From an uncultured Methanosarcinales archaeon (lineage in GTDB: Archaea > Nanobdellota > Nanobdellia > Woesearchaeales > CAYZNE01), in the NCBI GenBank assembly GCA_964405295.1, contig CAYONI010000003.1:69159-127854 (forward strand): 58,696 nt of DNA, written 5' to 3'. Positions 37,542 through 46,113 of this stretch are shown in pieces. Each line of letters starts with the position of its first letter. Within the stretch, counting starts at the first letter, position 1. The translations under genes were made by a program, and so were the position numbers. The notes under the pieces were generated by a model that searched no databases, was not told the origin of the DNA, and saw only the letters and a program-made list of their open reading frames with translations.

Positions 37542-38720
37542 TCATTTTGAAATTATTAAATAAGTATAAGTCAACTCTCCTACAGTTATAGTATCTGAAC
37601 TTAATAATTTAAGAGCTTTTTGCTTTTTACCCATTAACTCGATAAACGCTTCTGGCTTTTGAATTAAAACACCTATTTTTCCTTTAGGTTTAATAATATA
37701 ACTTGATTGAGAAAGAAATTCAGAGTATATCTTCTTAATAGGACTCAATGCAATATGCTTTGACTCAGAAGGTAACGTGGTTATAATCTTGTCAACAATC
37801 TCTTTATCAAATTTAGTATCAACCCAGTCAAGAGAAACTTTTGAGAATTGTACTAGTTCAAGTATTCCTGCAACCTTAGCATTCGATTTTCCTGCATTTA
37901 AATCCCTTAGCAAATCTGAATATGCAAAAAGTAATTTATTCTTTTTTAGTTTGAGTAAATTCTTTTTTGCACTCAACTTTATTTCTTTAACTATTTTATC
38001 TGTATCAATATCTTTAAATATTTTAGAGTTAGCTGCATGAAAAACCGCATCATAAAAATTATGCATCTTACTTAACCATAATGCTGCTTCTATAATTATT
38101 TCAGCAGTTTTAGAATTTGGATCTAAAAGAATTTCACCCTCTTTAAAATCAATTTCCCTAAGTAAGTGATACGCAATTGTTGCCCTTAATGATTTGCCTG
38201 AATTAATAAGTTTATATTGTCTTTTACTTAAATTGCTTTTAGTTAAATCAATTCCGAAAATTGCTTTATCATTCTGAATGTATAATAAAACTTTTACATC
38301 AGAATTATTCATTGAAACTTCTAACTCAGGATATTGGCCAATTATTATCGACCCTACTCCAGGTTCAATATCTCCAGAAGTAAATTCTTTACTATCATGT
38401 TCACATCTAACAAAAAATCTAGGATTATCCTTAAACCAATAATCAAATTCTTTTGTTTTTACAATAGATTTTATCTTTTCTTTCAAAGAAGATTCATCTT
38501 TAAATTCAAACTCTGCAATTTCAATAATTATTTTATTTGCTGATTGGCTAAGAAGTGAAAATTTAAACAAGTCTTCAAGATTTTTTGTATTATTATTTAT
38601 CTCAAATGTTATGTACTCCTCAAATGTTTCTGAATCTACACCTAAAAACTCTTTTACATCCTTTACACAAGTTTTTTCAGTTCCTAGTTCAGTAAGTATT
38701 GTGATTTTTATTTTATCCAT
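37542..38720 (-). CDS. THUMP-domain methyltransferase-like protein (Trm14/RlmL-like), SAM motifs degenerate
   Basis: THUMP region, LSKRQY, SLRATIAY, LDPNSKTAEIIIEAA; start set at MDKIK (38720). Confidence 0.8.
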   Translation of the reverse strand: MDKIKITILTELGTEKTCVKDVKEFLGVDSETFEEYITFEINNNTKNLEDLFKFSLLSQSANKIIIEIAEFEFKDESSLKEKIKSIVKTKEFDYWFKDNPRFFVRCEHDSKEFTSGDIEPGVGSIIIGQYPELEVSMNNSDVKVLLYIQNDKAIFGIDLTKSNLSKRQYKLINSGKSLRATIAYHLLREIDFKEGEILLDPNSKTAEIIIEAALWLSKMHNFYDAVFHAANSKIFKDIDTDKIVKEIKLSAKKNLLKLKKNKLLFAYSDLLRDLNAGKSNAKVAGILELVQFSKVSLDWVDTKFDKEIVDKIITTLPSESKHIALSPIKKIYSEFLSQSSYIIKPKGKIGVLIQKPEAFIELMGKKQKALKLLSSDTITVGELTYTYLIISK

Positions 38721-38738
38721 AATTTGAAGGAGAATAAT

Positions 38739-38754
38739 ATACTTTTTAAAGTAT
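38739..38754. promoter_or_regulatory. Shared near-palindromic TATA element of a divergent gene pair
   Basis: ATACTTTTTAAAGTAT lies 18 bp from each ATG in a 52-bp gap. Confidence 0.55.
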
Positions 38755-38772
38755 TTCATTTTAGCTAAAATC

Positions 38773-39756
38773 ATGTATTTACTGAACTTAAACAAAGAAA
38801 ATATAGCATTAAGTATATCTGAAGCAGTAAGAATTTTAAAACCAAAGAAATATCATCTTATAGATGACTTTTTAATCATAGAAGGCCTACCAATATTAAA
38901 AGAACTTAGGTTAAAAAGATCTAGTTTTGGTCTTATTAAATCTATAAATAGGATAATTTCAATTAGCAAAGAATTAGATGATGTTAAAATTGCAATATCT
39001 AAAATTGATTTCAGAAAATATTACAAAAAAGATTTCAAAGTTGAGTGCAGTGGATTTGGAAAAGAAAGTTTAGAAAAAACTAAATTTTTTGCCTCACTAA
39101 TTATAAGAAATTTAAAGAATAGAGGAGTTAATCCTATTGTTAATGTTAAAGAACCGAATACTTTATTTTCTATTATTAAAAGCAAAACTAAATACTTTAT
39201 TATACAGACAATCTGGCAAAACCAAGACGATGCAAAAGAAAGAGAGAATAAAGAACTCCCTGAGAAAATGCCTACAACACTTAGCCCAAAACTTGCAAAG
39301 GCAATGATAAATCTTTCTGGGTTAAGAAAAGGCAAATTAATAGATCCATTTTGTGGTGCAGGAGGGATACTTATTGAAGCAGCAAGATATGGTTTTAAAG
39401 TTACAGGTTATGATATTGACAAAAGAGCAATTGGTAAAGCAAAATTGAATCTTTTACATCTTGGAATAAACAAAGTTCATCTAGAACGTAGGGACGCACT
39501 AACAATAAATAAAAAATATGATTGCATTATTACAGACTTACCTTTTGGTAAAAACTCTAAAATTAGTATGGAACTAGAAAAACTCTACAAGAAGTTTTTT
39601 GATGTTGCACTTAAACATTCTAAAAAAATAGTTGTTGGAATGCCAAGCACAACAAGCAAGAGTATAATAAATAAGAAATGGAAAATTGTTGATTTCTTCG
39701 AACTCTACATTCATAAAAGCATGAGTAAAGTTATCTATGTTTTAGAGCGTAAATAG
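38773..39756 (+). CDS. trm11: tRNA (guanine-10-N2)-methyltransferase Trm11/TrmG10-like
   Basis: THUMP + PKLAKAMINL, DPFCGAGGILIEA, TDLPFG, YIHKSM. Confidence 0.85.
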   Translation: MYLLNLNKENIALSISEAVRILKPKKYHLIDDFLIIEGLPILKELRLKRSSFGLIKSINRIISISKELDDVKIAISKIDFRKYYKKDFKVECSGFGKESLEKTKFFASLIIRNLKNRGVNPIVNVKEPNTLFSIIKSKTKYFIIQTIWQNQDDAKERENKELPEKMPTTLSPKLAKAMINLSGLRKGKLIDPFCGAGGILIEAARYGFKVTGYDIDKRAIGKAKLNLLHLGINKVHLERRDALTINKKYDCIITDLPFGKNSKISMELEKLYKKFFDVALKHSKKIVVGMPSTTSKSIINKKWKIVDFFELYIHKSMSKVIYVLERK

Positions 39757-39758
39757 GA

Positions 39759-40403
39759 TTACCAAGGACGGCCGTATATTTCTGCAATGTATTCCTCTTC
39801 AGAATTAAGTTCGTAAACTTCAAGCTCATTTTTCTCAAGATACTTGGCTCTTATAGCATTAACAGATTCTTTAGGATTAAATTCATCATATCCTTCTCCA
39901 AACTCGTTTTCTGAAACTGTTAAATTAACGCGATCAACCAAATTTTTTCTTTTGGTTGCATTTGCAATTGAATCTTTTTTTAGCTTTCCTGAAAGATCAG
40001 TGGTCTTAATACTTTCTAGCTCACCTTGTTTATATTCAACATGAGGAACAGCATAATCTAATAAATCACCGATATAAACATTAACCGCATTCTTTAATCT
40101 TGCAATCATCATTTTTGGTGTTAATTCAGCCTGTAGGTATCGCTTATTTTTATTTAAAGAAGACTTTAGTAAATTATGAATACTAGACATCTCCATAAAC
40201 AATAAAGAAGGTTTATCTTCTTGTGGAAGCGCAGCGTATTTAGATAATTCAACTTTTCCAAACTTAGAATAGGTTGTATCCAACTCCTTATCCCATCTTT
40301 CTAAAAACTTTTTGTGAATAAGCTTAGAATCTTCTCTAGCTTTAAGCTCACTAATTAGCCATTGAACGTGATCTAGTGTTTTTGGTGCTTTTACAAATGC
40401 CAT
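39759..40403 (-). CDS. Hypothetical protein
   Basis: 214-aa ORF with GGGGGA RBS; no family recognised. Confidence 0.7.
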   Translation of the reverse strand: MAFVKAPKTLDHVQWLISELKAREDSKLIHKKFLERWDKELDTTYSKFGKVELSKYAALPQEDKPSLLFMEMSSIHNLLKSSLNKNKRYLQAELTPKMMIARLKNAVNVYIGDLLDYAVPHVEYKQGELESIKTTDLSGKLKKDSIANATKRKNLVDRVNLTVSENEFGEGYDEFNPKESVNAIRAKYLEKNELEVYELNSEEEYIAEIYGRPW

Positions 40404-40600
40404 TATAATCCCCCTATAAGTGTTATAGAAACAGAGAAAAGCACTAGATTATTTAAACATTACTAAAGCAAAGGTAACAATTAACTTTATAAATAATTAA
40501 GGCATTCTAAAGGTTAGGGAGGCAAATAACTATAACATATTTGGACAATGTTTACTTCTCTACAGATAAATAACATTGTCAACAGACAGATTTTAAGAGT

Positions 40601-40951
40601 ATGATGATATTGAGTACAAAATCTAAAAATAGTGCAAAACTAAAGGCATTAAGTCCTAGTTTACGTTTGAAAACTAGATACCTAGTCTATGAAGTTTTAA
40701 ACCCAAAAAAAGGTTTAATAATAGCTAGAAGTATAGAAAATCAATGCAGAGAGCTATATGGAATTATTGGTTTTGCAGCAATGGACTTTAGAAAAATAGA
40801 AGTCAAAGAGAATAAAGGAATTATTATGACAAACAGAAAAAGTATCGATAGATTAAAAGCGAGTTTTGTTTTTCTAAATAAAAAAGAAAATATTGGAATC
40901 GTATCAAGATATGTGTCAGGCTCACTAAAAAAAGCCAAAACACATTTGTAA
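40601..40951 (+). CDS. rnp2: Ribonuclease P protein component 2 (Pop5/Rpp14)
   Basis: LSPSLRLKTRYL, YG..G, VSGSLKKA; precedes psmA. Confidence 0.9.
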   Translation: MMILSTKSKNSAKLKALSPSLRLKTRYLVYEVLNPKKGLIIARSIENQCRELYGIIGFAAMDFRKIEVKENKGIIMTNRKSIDRLKASFVFLNKKENIGIVSRYVSGSLKKAKTHL

Positions 40952-41688
40952 TGGAGGAAATTGAAATGCAACAAATGCCAGGACAACATCAAATAATGGG
41001 TTATGATAGAGCAATAACAATGTTCAGCCCAGACGGTAGATTATTACAAGTCGAATATGCAAAGAAAACTGTAAGACAAGGAAGTACTGCAGTTGGAGTA
41101 AAGTGTAAAGATGGGGTTTTACTAGTTACAGATAAAAGAATAATTGACAAATTAATAATCCCAGAGAGTGTTGAAAAGATTTTCAAAATAGATGATCACG
41201 TAATGACTACTGCAGCAGGAATTGTATCTGATGCAAGAGTTTTAGTTGATAGAGCACAATTAAAAGCTCAACAGCACAAAGTAACTTATGATTCACCAAT
41301 TGATGTTTTAACAATTGTAAAAGATATCTGCACACTAAAACAACTTTGCACACAATCAGGTGGATTAAGACCTTTTGGAGTTTCAATGTTAGTAACTGGT
41401 GCTGATGAAACAGGCACTAAACTTTATCAAACTGATCCCACAGGAATCTTTTTTGAGTTTAAAGCAAATGCTATTGGAGAATTTGAAAGTGAAATGATAG
41501 AAACTCTTCATAAAGAATACAAAGAAAGCATGTTTATTGAAGACGCCCTAAAAATGGTAACAAAAGCACTGGCAAAACTTATTGGAAAAGAGTTCAATGC
41601 AGACAGACTTGATGCAGCATACATCAAAGAAAAGGATAAAAAAATAGTGAATCTGAGTGCAGAACAATTAAAGAAATACCTAAAATAA
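40951..41688 (+). CDS. psmA: Proteasome subunit alpha
   Basis: GYDRAITMFSPDGRLLQVEYA, RPFGVS, TDPTG. Confidence 0.97.
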   Translation: MEEIEMQQMPGQHQIMGYDRAITMFSPDGRLLQVEYAKKTVRQGSTAVGVKCKDGVLLVTDKRIIDKLIIPESVEKIFKIDDHVMTTAAGIVSDARVLVDRAQLKAQQHKVTYDSPIDVLTIVKDICTLKQLCTQSGGLRPFGVSMLVTGADETGTKLYQTDPTGIFFEFKANAIGEFESEMIETLHKEYKESMFIEDALKMVTKALAKLIGKEFNADRLDAAYIKEKDKKIVNLSAEQLKKYLK

Positions 41689-41756
41689 ATTAGGAGGCAC
41701 AAAAATACAAATAAAAAACAAGTTTTTTAGTGCATTACAATTAGGAGGTAATTGAA

Positions 41757-42473
41757 ATGGATCAAAGAAAAACATTTGAAAAAGAACATTTCAACATTAA
41801 CATTGCTCGGCTAAAAAAAGGCGGACAGTTATTTGAGATAAATGTTGATCCTGATTTAGCAATCTCATTTAAAGAAGGGCAAAAAATAGACATTGAGGAT
41901 ATTCTTAAAAGTCAAGAAATATTTTTTAATACGAAAGAAGGTGAACTTGCTTCTGAAACAATAATGAAATCTCTATTTGGAACTGATAATGTACTTGAAG
42001 TTGCAAAAATTATTCTTGAAAAAGGAGAGATTCAGCTTACTGCAGAACACAGAAACAAAATTAGGGAACAAAAAAAGAAAAAGCTCCTTAATATAATTCA
42101 CAGAAATGCTATTGACCCTAAAACAGGGATGCCACATCCACTTCAAAGAATTGAAAATGCATTTGAAGAGGCAAAAGTAAAATTTAAAGAATATGTTACA
42201 GTGGAAGATCAGGTTCCAGATATTGTAAAATTATTACAACCTATTCTTCCAATAAAATTTGATCACAAAACAATCGAGGTCAAAGTTGATGCAGCACATT
42301 CACATGCAATCTTCGGAATTGCAAAAAAGTACGGAGTGATAAAAGAAAATAAATGGTTAAATGATGGTTCGTGGTATGGCTTAATTGAAATACCAGCAGG
42401 ACTACAAACAGAGTTCTTTGATGAATTAAATAATGCTACTCATGGAGGAGCAATAACCAAGATAATTAAGTAA
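41757..42473 (+). CDS. sbds: Ribosome maturation factor SBDS/Sdo1
   Basis: ARLKKGG..FEI, GEIQLT, DPKT..PHP..RIE. Confidence 0.96.
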   Translation: MDQRKTFEKEHFNINIARLKKGGQLFEINVDPDLAISFKEGQKIDIEDILKSQEIFFNTKEGELASETIMKSLFGTDNVLEVAKIILEKGEIQLTAEHRNKIREQKKKKLLNIIHRNAIDPKTGMPHPLQRIENAFEEAKVKFKEYVTVEDQVPDIVKLLQPILPIKFDHKTIEVKVDAAHSHAIFGIAKKYGVIKENKWLNDGSWYGLIEIPAGLQTEFFDELNNATHGGAITKIIK

Positions 42474-42487
42474 AACAGAGGAATAAA

Positions 42488-43279
42488 ATGGAAAATAAAG
42501 AAAATAAACAACAAGAAAGTAAACTTCTTGTTAAAGACAGAGACGTGGTAGTACCCGGACAAGTATTAGCCGAAGGGTTTGACTTTCTACCGAGCTACGG
42601 AACGTATAGAACTAATGATAAAATTTTAGCAAACAAGTTAGGATTAATTCATTTAGAAGGAAAAGTTATCAAAACAATACCTATGGCAGGAAGATATCAT
42701 CCTAAAAAGTATGATGTAATTATTGCAAAAGTTATTGATGTTGGAATGAATGCATGGAGACTTAATATTAACAGTGCATACAACGCAATGCTTTCTTCAA
42801 AAGAAGTTGGCGGAAGTGGAGGATACGGAAGTTACCCACAAAAAGGAAACCTATCAAAAATATATAAGATAGGGGATTACGTATTTTGTAAAATCACAAA
42901 AGTTAGTGGACAAAACTTAGTTGATTTATCAACTAATGGGCCTGGTCTAAGGAAATTATACAACGGAAGAATTATTCATGTGAACACACATAAAGTTCCA
43001 AGAATAATTGGAAAGAAAGGTTCAATGGTTAATATGATAAAACAAGCAACTGACGCAAAAATGGTCGTCGGTCAAAATGGAATTGTTTGGCTACAATGTG
43101 AACCAAAACTTGAATCTATTGCAGTAAGAGCAATAAAAAAGATTGAAGAGGAAAGTCACATACCTGGATTAACAAATAGGATTAAAGAATTCCTTGAAAA
43201 AGAAACAGGTAAGAAACTTGACATTACTGAAAAGAATGACAAAGAAGACAATGAGGTAAAAAATGACATACAAAAATAG
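42488..43279 (+). CDS. rrp4: Exosome RNA-binding protein Rrp4
   Basis: VVPG, S1 domain, KVPRIIGKKGSM, VGQNGIVW. Confidence 0.95.
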   Translation: MENKENKQQESKLLVKDRDVVVPGQVLAEGFDFLPSYGTYRTNDKILANKLGLIHLEGKVIKTIPMAGRYHPKKYDVIIAKVIDVGMNAWRLNINSAYNAMLSSKEVGGSGGYGSYPQKGNLSKIYKIGDYVFCKITKVSGQNLVDLSTNGPGLRKLYNGRIIHVNTHKVPRIIGKKGSMVNMIKQATDAKMVVGQNGIVWLQCEPKLESIAVRAIKKIEEESHIPGLTNRIKEFLEKETGKKLDITEKNDKEDNEVKNDIQK

Positions 43280-43991
43280 ATTAGACGGTCGGAAGATGAA
43301 TGAGACCAGAGAAATAACTGCAAAAGCAGGGGTTATAAAAAAAGCCGATGGCTCTGCATTTTTCAAAATCGGAAAAACATGGGCATATGCTGCAGTTTAT
43401 GGACCAAGAGATTTCCATCCAAGATTCATGCAAGATCCGACTAAAGGAGTTTTAAGATTTACTTATGCAATGATGCCTTTCTCAGGAATGGGTGAAAGAG
43501 TTAGACCTGGACCTAATAGAAGAGCAAAAGAAATCGGAATGGTTTCAGGAAATGCATTAAGAAAAGTTGTTAATCTTGAGGATTATCCAAATGCAGTTGT
43601 AGATGTTGTGGTTGAACTTCCACAAGCAGATGCAGGAAGCAGATGCGCAGGAATTTGTGCAGCATCAATCGCTTTAGCAGATGCAGGAATCTCAATGACT
43701 GACATGGTTGCAGCAGTTGCATCAGGAGTTGTTGACGACACAGTCTGTTTAGATTTAGACTATGAGGAAGAACATTATCCAGAATTTGCAAAAGAAAAAG
43801 TTGACAGTGAGGATGTAGCAGACATTCCGGTTGCAATAATTCCAAGCACAGGAGAAGTTACACTTCTACAAATGGATGGAATAATGAAGAAAGAACAATT
43901 GATAGATGCAATTGAACTTGCAAAAAAGAAATGTGATGAAATAGCAATAATTCAAAGAGCAGCTATTCATGATAAATATAAAGGTAATTAA
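43263..43991 (+). CDS. rrp41: Exosome exonuclease Rrp41
   Basis: RLDGR, ADGSA, AVYGPR, QADAGSR, LLQMDG. Confidence 0.96.
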   Translation: MTYKNRLDGRKMNETREITAKAGVIKKADGSAFFKIGKTWAYAAVYGPRDFHPRFMQDPTKGVLRFTYAMMPFSGMGERVRPGPNRRAKEIGMVSGNALRKVVNLEDYPNAVVDVVVELPQADAGSRCAGICAASIALADAGISMTDMVAAVASGVVDDTVCLDLDYEEEHYPEFAKEKVDSEDVADIPVAIIPSTGEVTLLQMDGIMKKEQLIDAIELAKKKCDEIAIIQRAAIHDKYKGN

Positions 43992-43993
43992 AA

Positions 43994-44782
43994 ATGGATA
44001 AAGAAGCACAAGAAAATATTATTAAATTGTTATCAGAAGGTCTAAGACAAGACGATAGAAAATTTGATCAATTCAGAGATATAGAAATAGAACTTGGCGT
44101 TGTTGAGATGGCAGAAGGATCTGCAAGAGTTAAATGTGGTGGTACAGAAGTTATTGCCGGAGTTAAAATGAAACTCGACAAACCCTACCCTGATAGTGCA
44201 GATAAAGGAATGCTTATGGTTAGTGCAGAATTAACCCCTCTAAGTAATCCTAGATTTGAATCAGGACCACCAAGCATAGAAGCAATTGAAGTTGCAAGGG
44301 TTATTGATAAAGGCCTAAGAGAAGGACCTGCAATGAAAGTTAAAGAATTATGTGTTGAAGTTGGAGAAAAAGTTTGGTCAATAAATGTAGATGTTTGTCC
44401 TATTAATGAAGATGGAAATTTAATCGACATTGGTGGGATTGCAGCGATTGCAGCAATTAATAATGCAAAATTCCCTCTAGTAGAAAAAGACGGAAAAGTT
44501 AACTACAAAAAGAAGACTGACAAGAAACTTCCAATAGACGATGAACCTTTACCTGTGACTATAATTAAGATCGGAGATCATCTTCTTGTTGACCCTACTG
44601 AAAATGAAGTTGCAGTTATGGACGCAAGACTTACTTTTATCTTTAGAAAAGACGGAAAGTTATGCGCAGTTCAGAAAGGTGGAGAAGGTCCATTAAGTGT
44701 TGAAGACATCAAGAAAATGTCTGATATGGCAGAACAAGCTGTTAATAAAAACAGAAAGATTCTTGAGAAAGCACTTAAGTAG
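43994..44782 (+). CDS. rrp42: Exosome component Rrp42
   Basis: AEGSA, FESGPP, DGNLID, VDPT, QKGG. Confidence 0.96.
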   Translation: MDKEAQENIIKLLSEGLRQDDRKFDQFRDIEIELGVVEMAEGSARVKCGGTEVIAGVKMKLDKPYPDSADKGMLMVSAELTPLSNPRFESGPPSIEAIEVARVIDKGLREGPAMKVKELCVEVGEKVWSINVDVCPINEDGNLIDIGGIAAIAAINNAKFPLVEKDGKVNYKKKTDKKLPIDDEPLPVTIIKIGDHLLVDPTENEVAVMDARLTFIFRKDGKLCAVQKGGEGPLSVEDIKKMSDMAEQAVNKNRKILEKALK

Positions 44783-44890
44783 TCCCTTTATTTTTTTATT
44801 TTTTCTTTTATATTATATTCTTTAGTCAATAAAACTTTATAAATAACTTGTTGTTCTTAATTTTACTTTTCTTAGAAAAAGTATAAACTC

Positions 44891-45352
44891 ATGAAGAGTT
44901 ATCGATTTAAAATGACTTCAGAAAAAGATATTGGGAAAAAAGTAAATATTCTAATTGTAGAAAATGAAATGATCTTCGCTGAAGATTTAAAACAGACATT
45001 GAAACATGCAAATAGGAACTATGAAGTTATAGAAGATATAATTATTTCTGGAGAAAAAGCAATTGAATACATTAATAACTCTAATAATACTAAACCAGAT
45101 TTAATAATAATGGACCTTATCTTAACTGAAAGTATGAATGGTATGGAAGTAGCAAAAACTATTCTTGCTAACAATAAAAATATAAAAATTATTTATTGCA
45201 GTGGACATTTTGACTCTGCCACAATTGAACAGGCAGCATGCAGTGGGGGCAGTGGCTATATAACCAAACCCATTGAAGATAACCCTCTATATAACTTAAT
45301 TGAATACGCCCTGGAGAACAATGACCCCAATTGTTTTAGAATAGTTAGATAG
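44891..45352 (+). CDS. Stand-alone response-regulator receiver domain
   Basis: ILIVENE, PDLIIMD, NGME, GYITKP. Confidence 0.9.
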   Translation: MKSYRFKMTSEKDIGKKVNILIVENEMIFAEDLKQTLKHANRNYEVIEDIIISGEKAIEYINNSNNTKPDLIIMDLILTESMNGMEVAKTILANNKNIKIIYCSGHFDSATIEQAACSGGSGYITKPIEDNPLYNLIEYALENNDPNCFRIVR

Positions 45353-45392
45353 ACACAAAACCTTTAAAAAGAACTAATTCTAAATTACTATT

Positions 45393-46013
45393 ATGTTTGT
45401 GTTTAAAGAAAGAAAGGATCCTTACAAAAAGGACATCTCAGTCATCCCAAGTGGTGGCCAATATGAAATTGAAGTAGATAGCACGTTTCACTTAAAAAAT
45501 ATTTACAAACGTATTCATGATTGGCTAGATGAGAATGACTATTATGATGCAGAATCAGGAAAAGGAGCTAACTTTGAAACTTTATTCTATCAAATTACCA
45601 AACCCAATGGCTTAATGTTTCACCATATCTGGTGGAGAGTTTTAAAAAACCCTTCAAATACTTCAGGCAAGACATTTCAATACTTTATGAAAATAAATTT
45701 TCAAACAGTTGCAGTTTCCAAGCATGAAACAATGGTTAAAGGCAAGAAGTTCAAAACTTACAAAGGAGATGTGATAGTAAGAATAAAGGCATATGTAAGG
45801 GTTGATCCTGAAGACAAATGGAACAATCATCCAATTATTAAACACTTTCAAAAAGTAATGATGAATAGATGGCTTGGAAAAGAAATTAGTTTTCATAAAA
45901 AACAACTTTTTGCTGAAGTAACAGCATTACAAAGGTTAATAAAGCAATATATGGGTGGACACACAGACGTAAATCAACCACAACAGTGGCATGATGAAAT
46001 TACAGGCGTTTAA
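45393..46013 (+). CDS. Hypothetical protein (paralog of 13538-14044)
   Basis: FHLKNIYKRIHDWL...KGDVIVRIKAYVRVDPEDKW. Confidence 0.8.
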   Translation: MFVFKERKDPYKKDISVIPSGGQYEIEVDSTFHLKNIYKRIHDWLDENDYYDAESGKGANFETLFYQITKPNGLMFHHIWWRVLKNPSNTSGKTFQYFMKINFQTVAVSKHETMVKGKKFKTYKGDVIVRIKAYVRVDPEDKWNNHPIIKHFQKVMMNRWLGKEISFHKKQLFAEVTALQRLIKQYMGGHTDVNQPQQWHDEITGV

Positions 46014-46113
46014 TAGTATCTATTTCTCGAGTAAATAAATAATAACCTTTATAAAAAAACAAACCAAATAATAGCTTTATATATAGTTCATACTTTATTT
46101 ATAAAAAAGGTGT

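Noticed and set aside
38721..38795. Apparent overlap of the two divergent methyltransferase ORFs
   Set aside because: The likely start of the minus gene is MDKIK at 38720, leaving a 52-bp promoter gap
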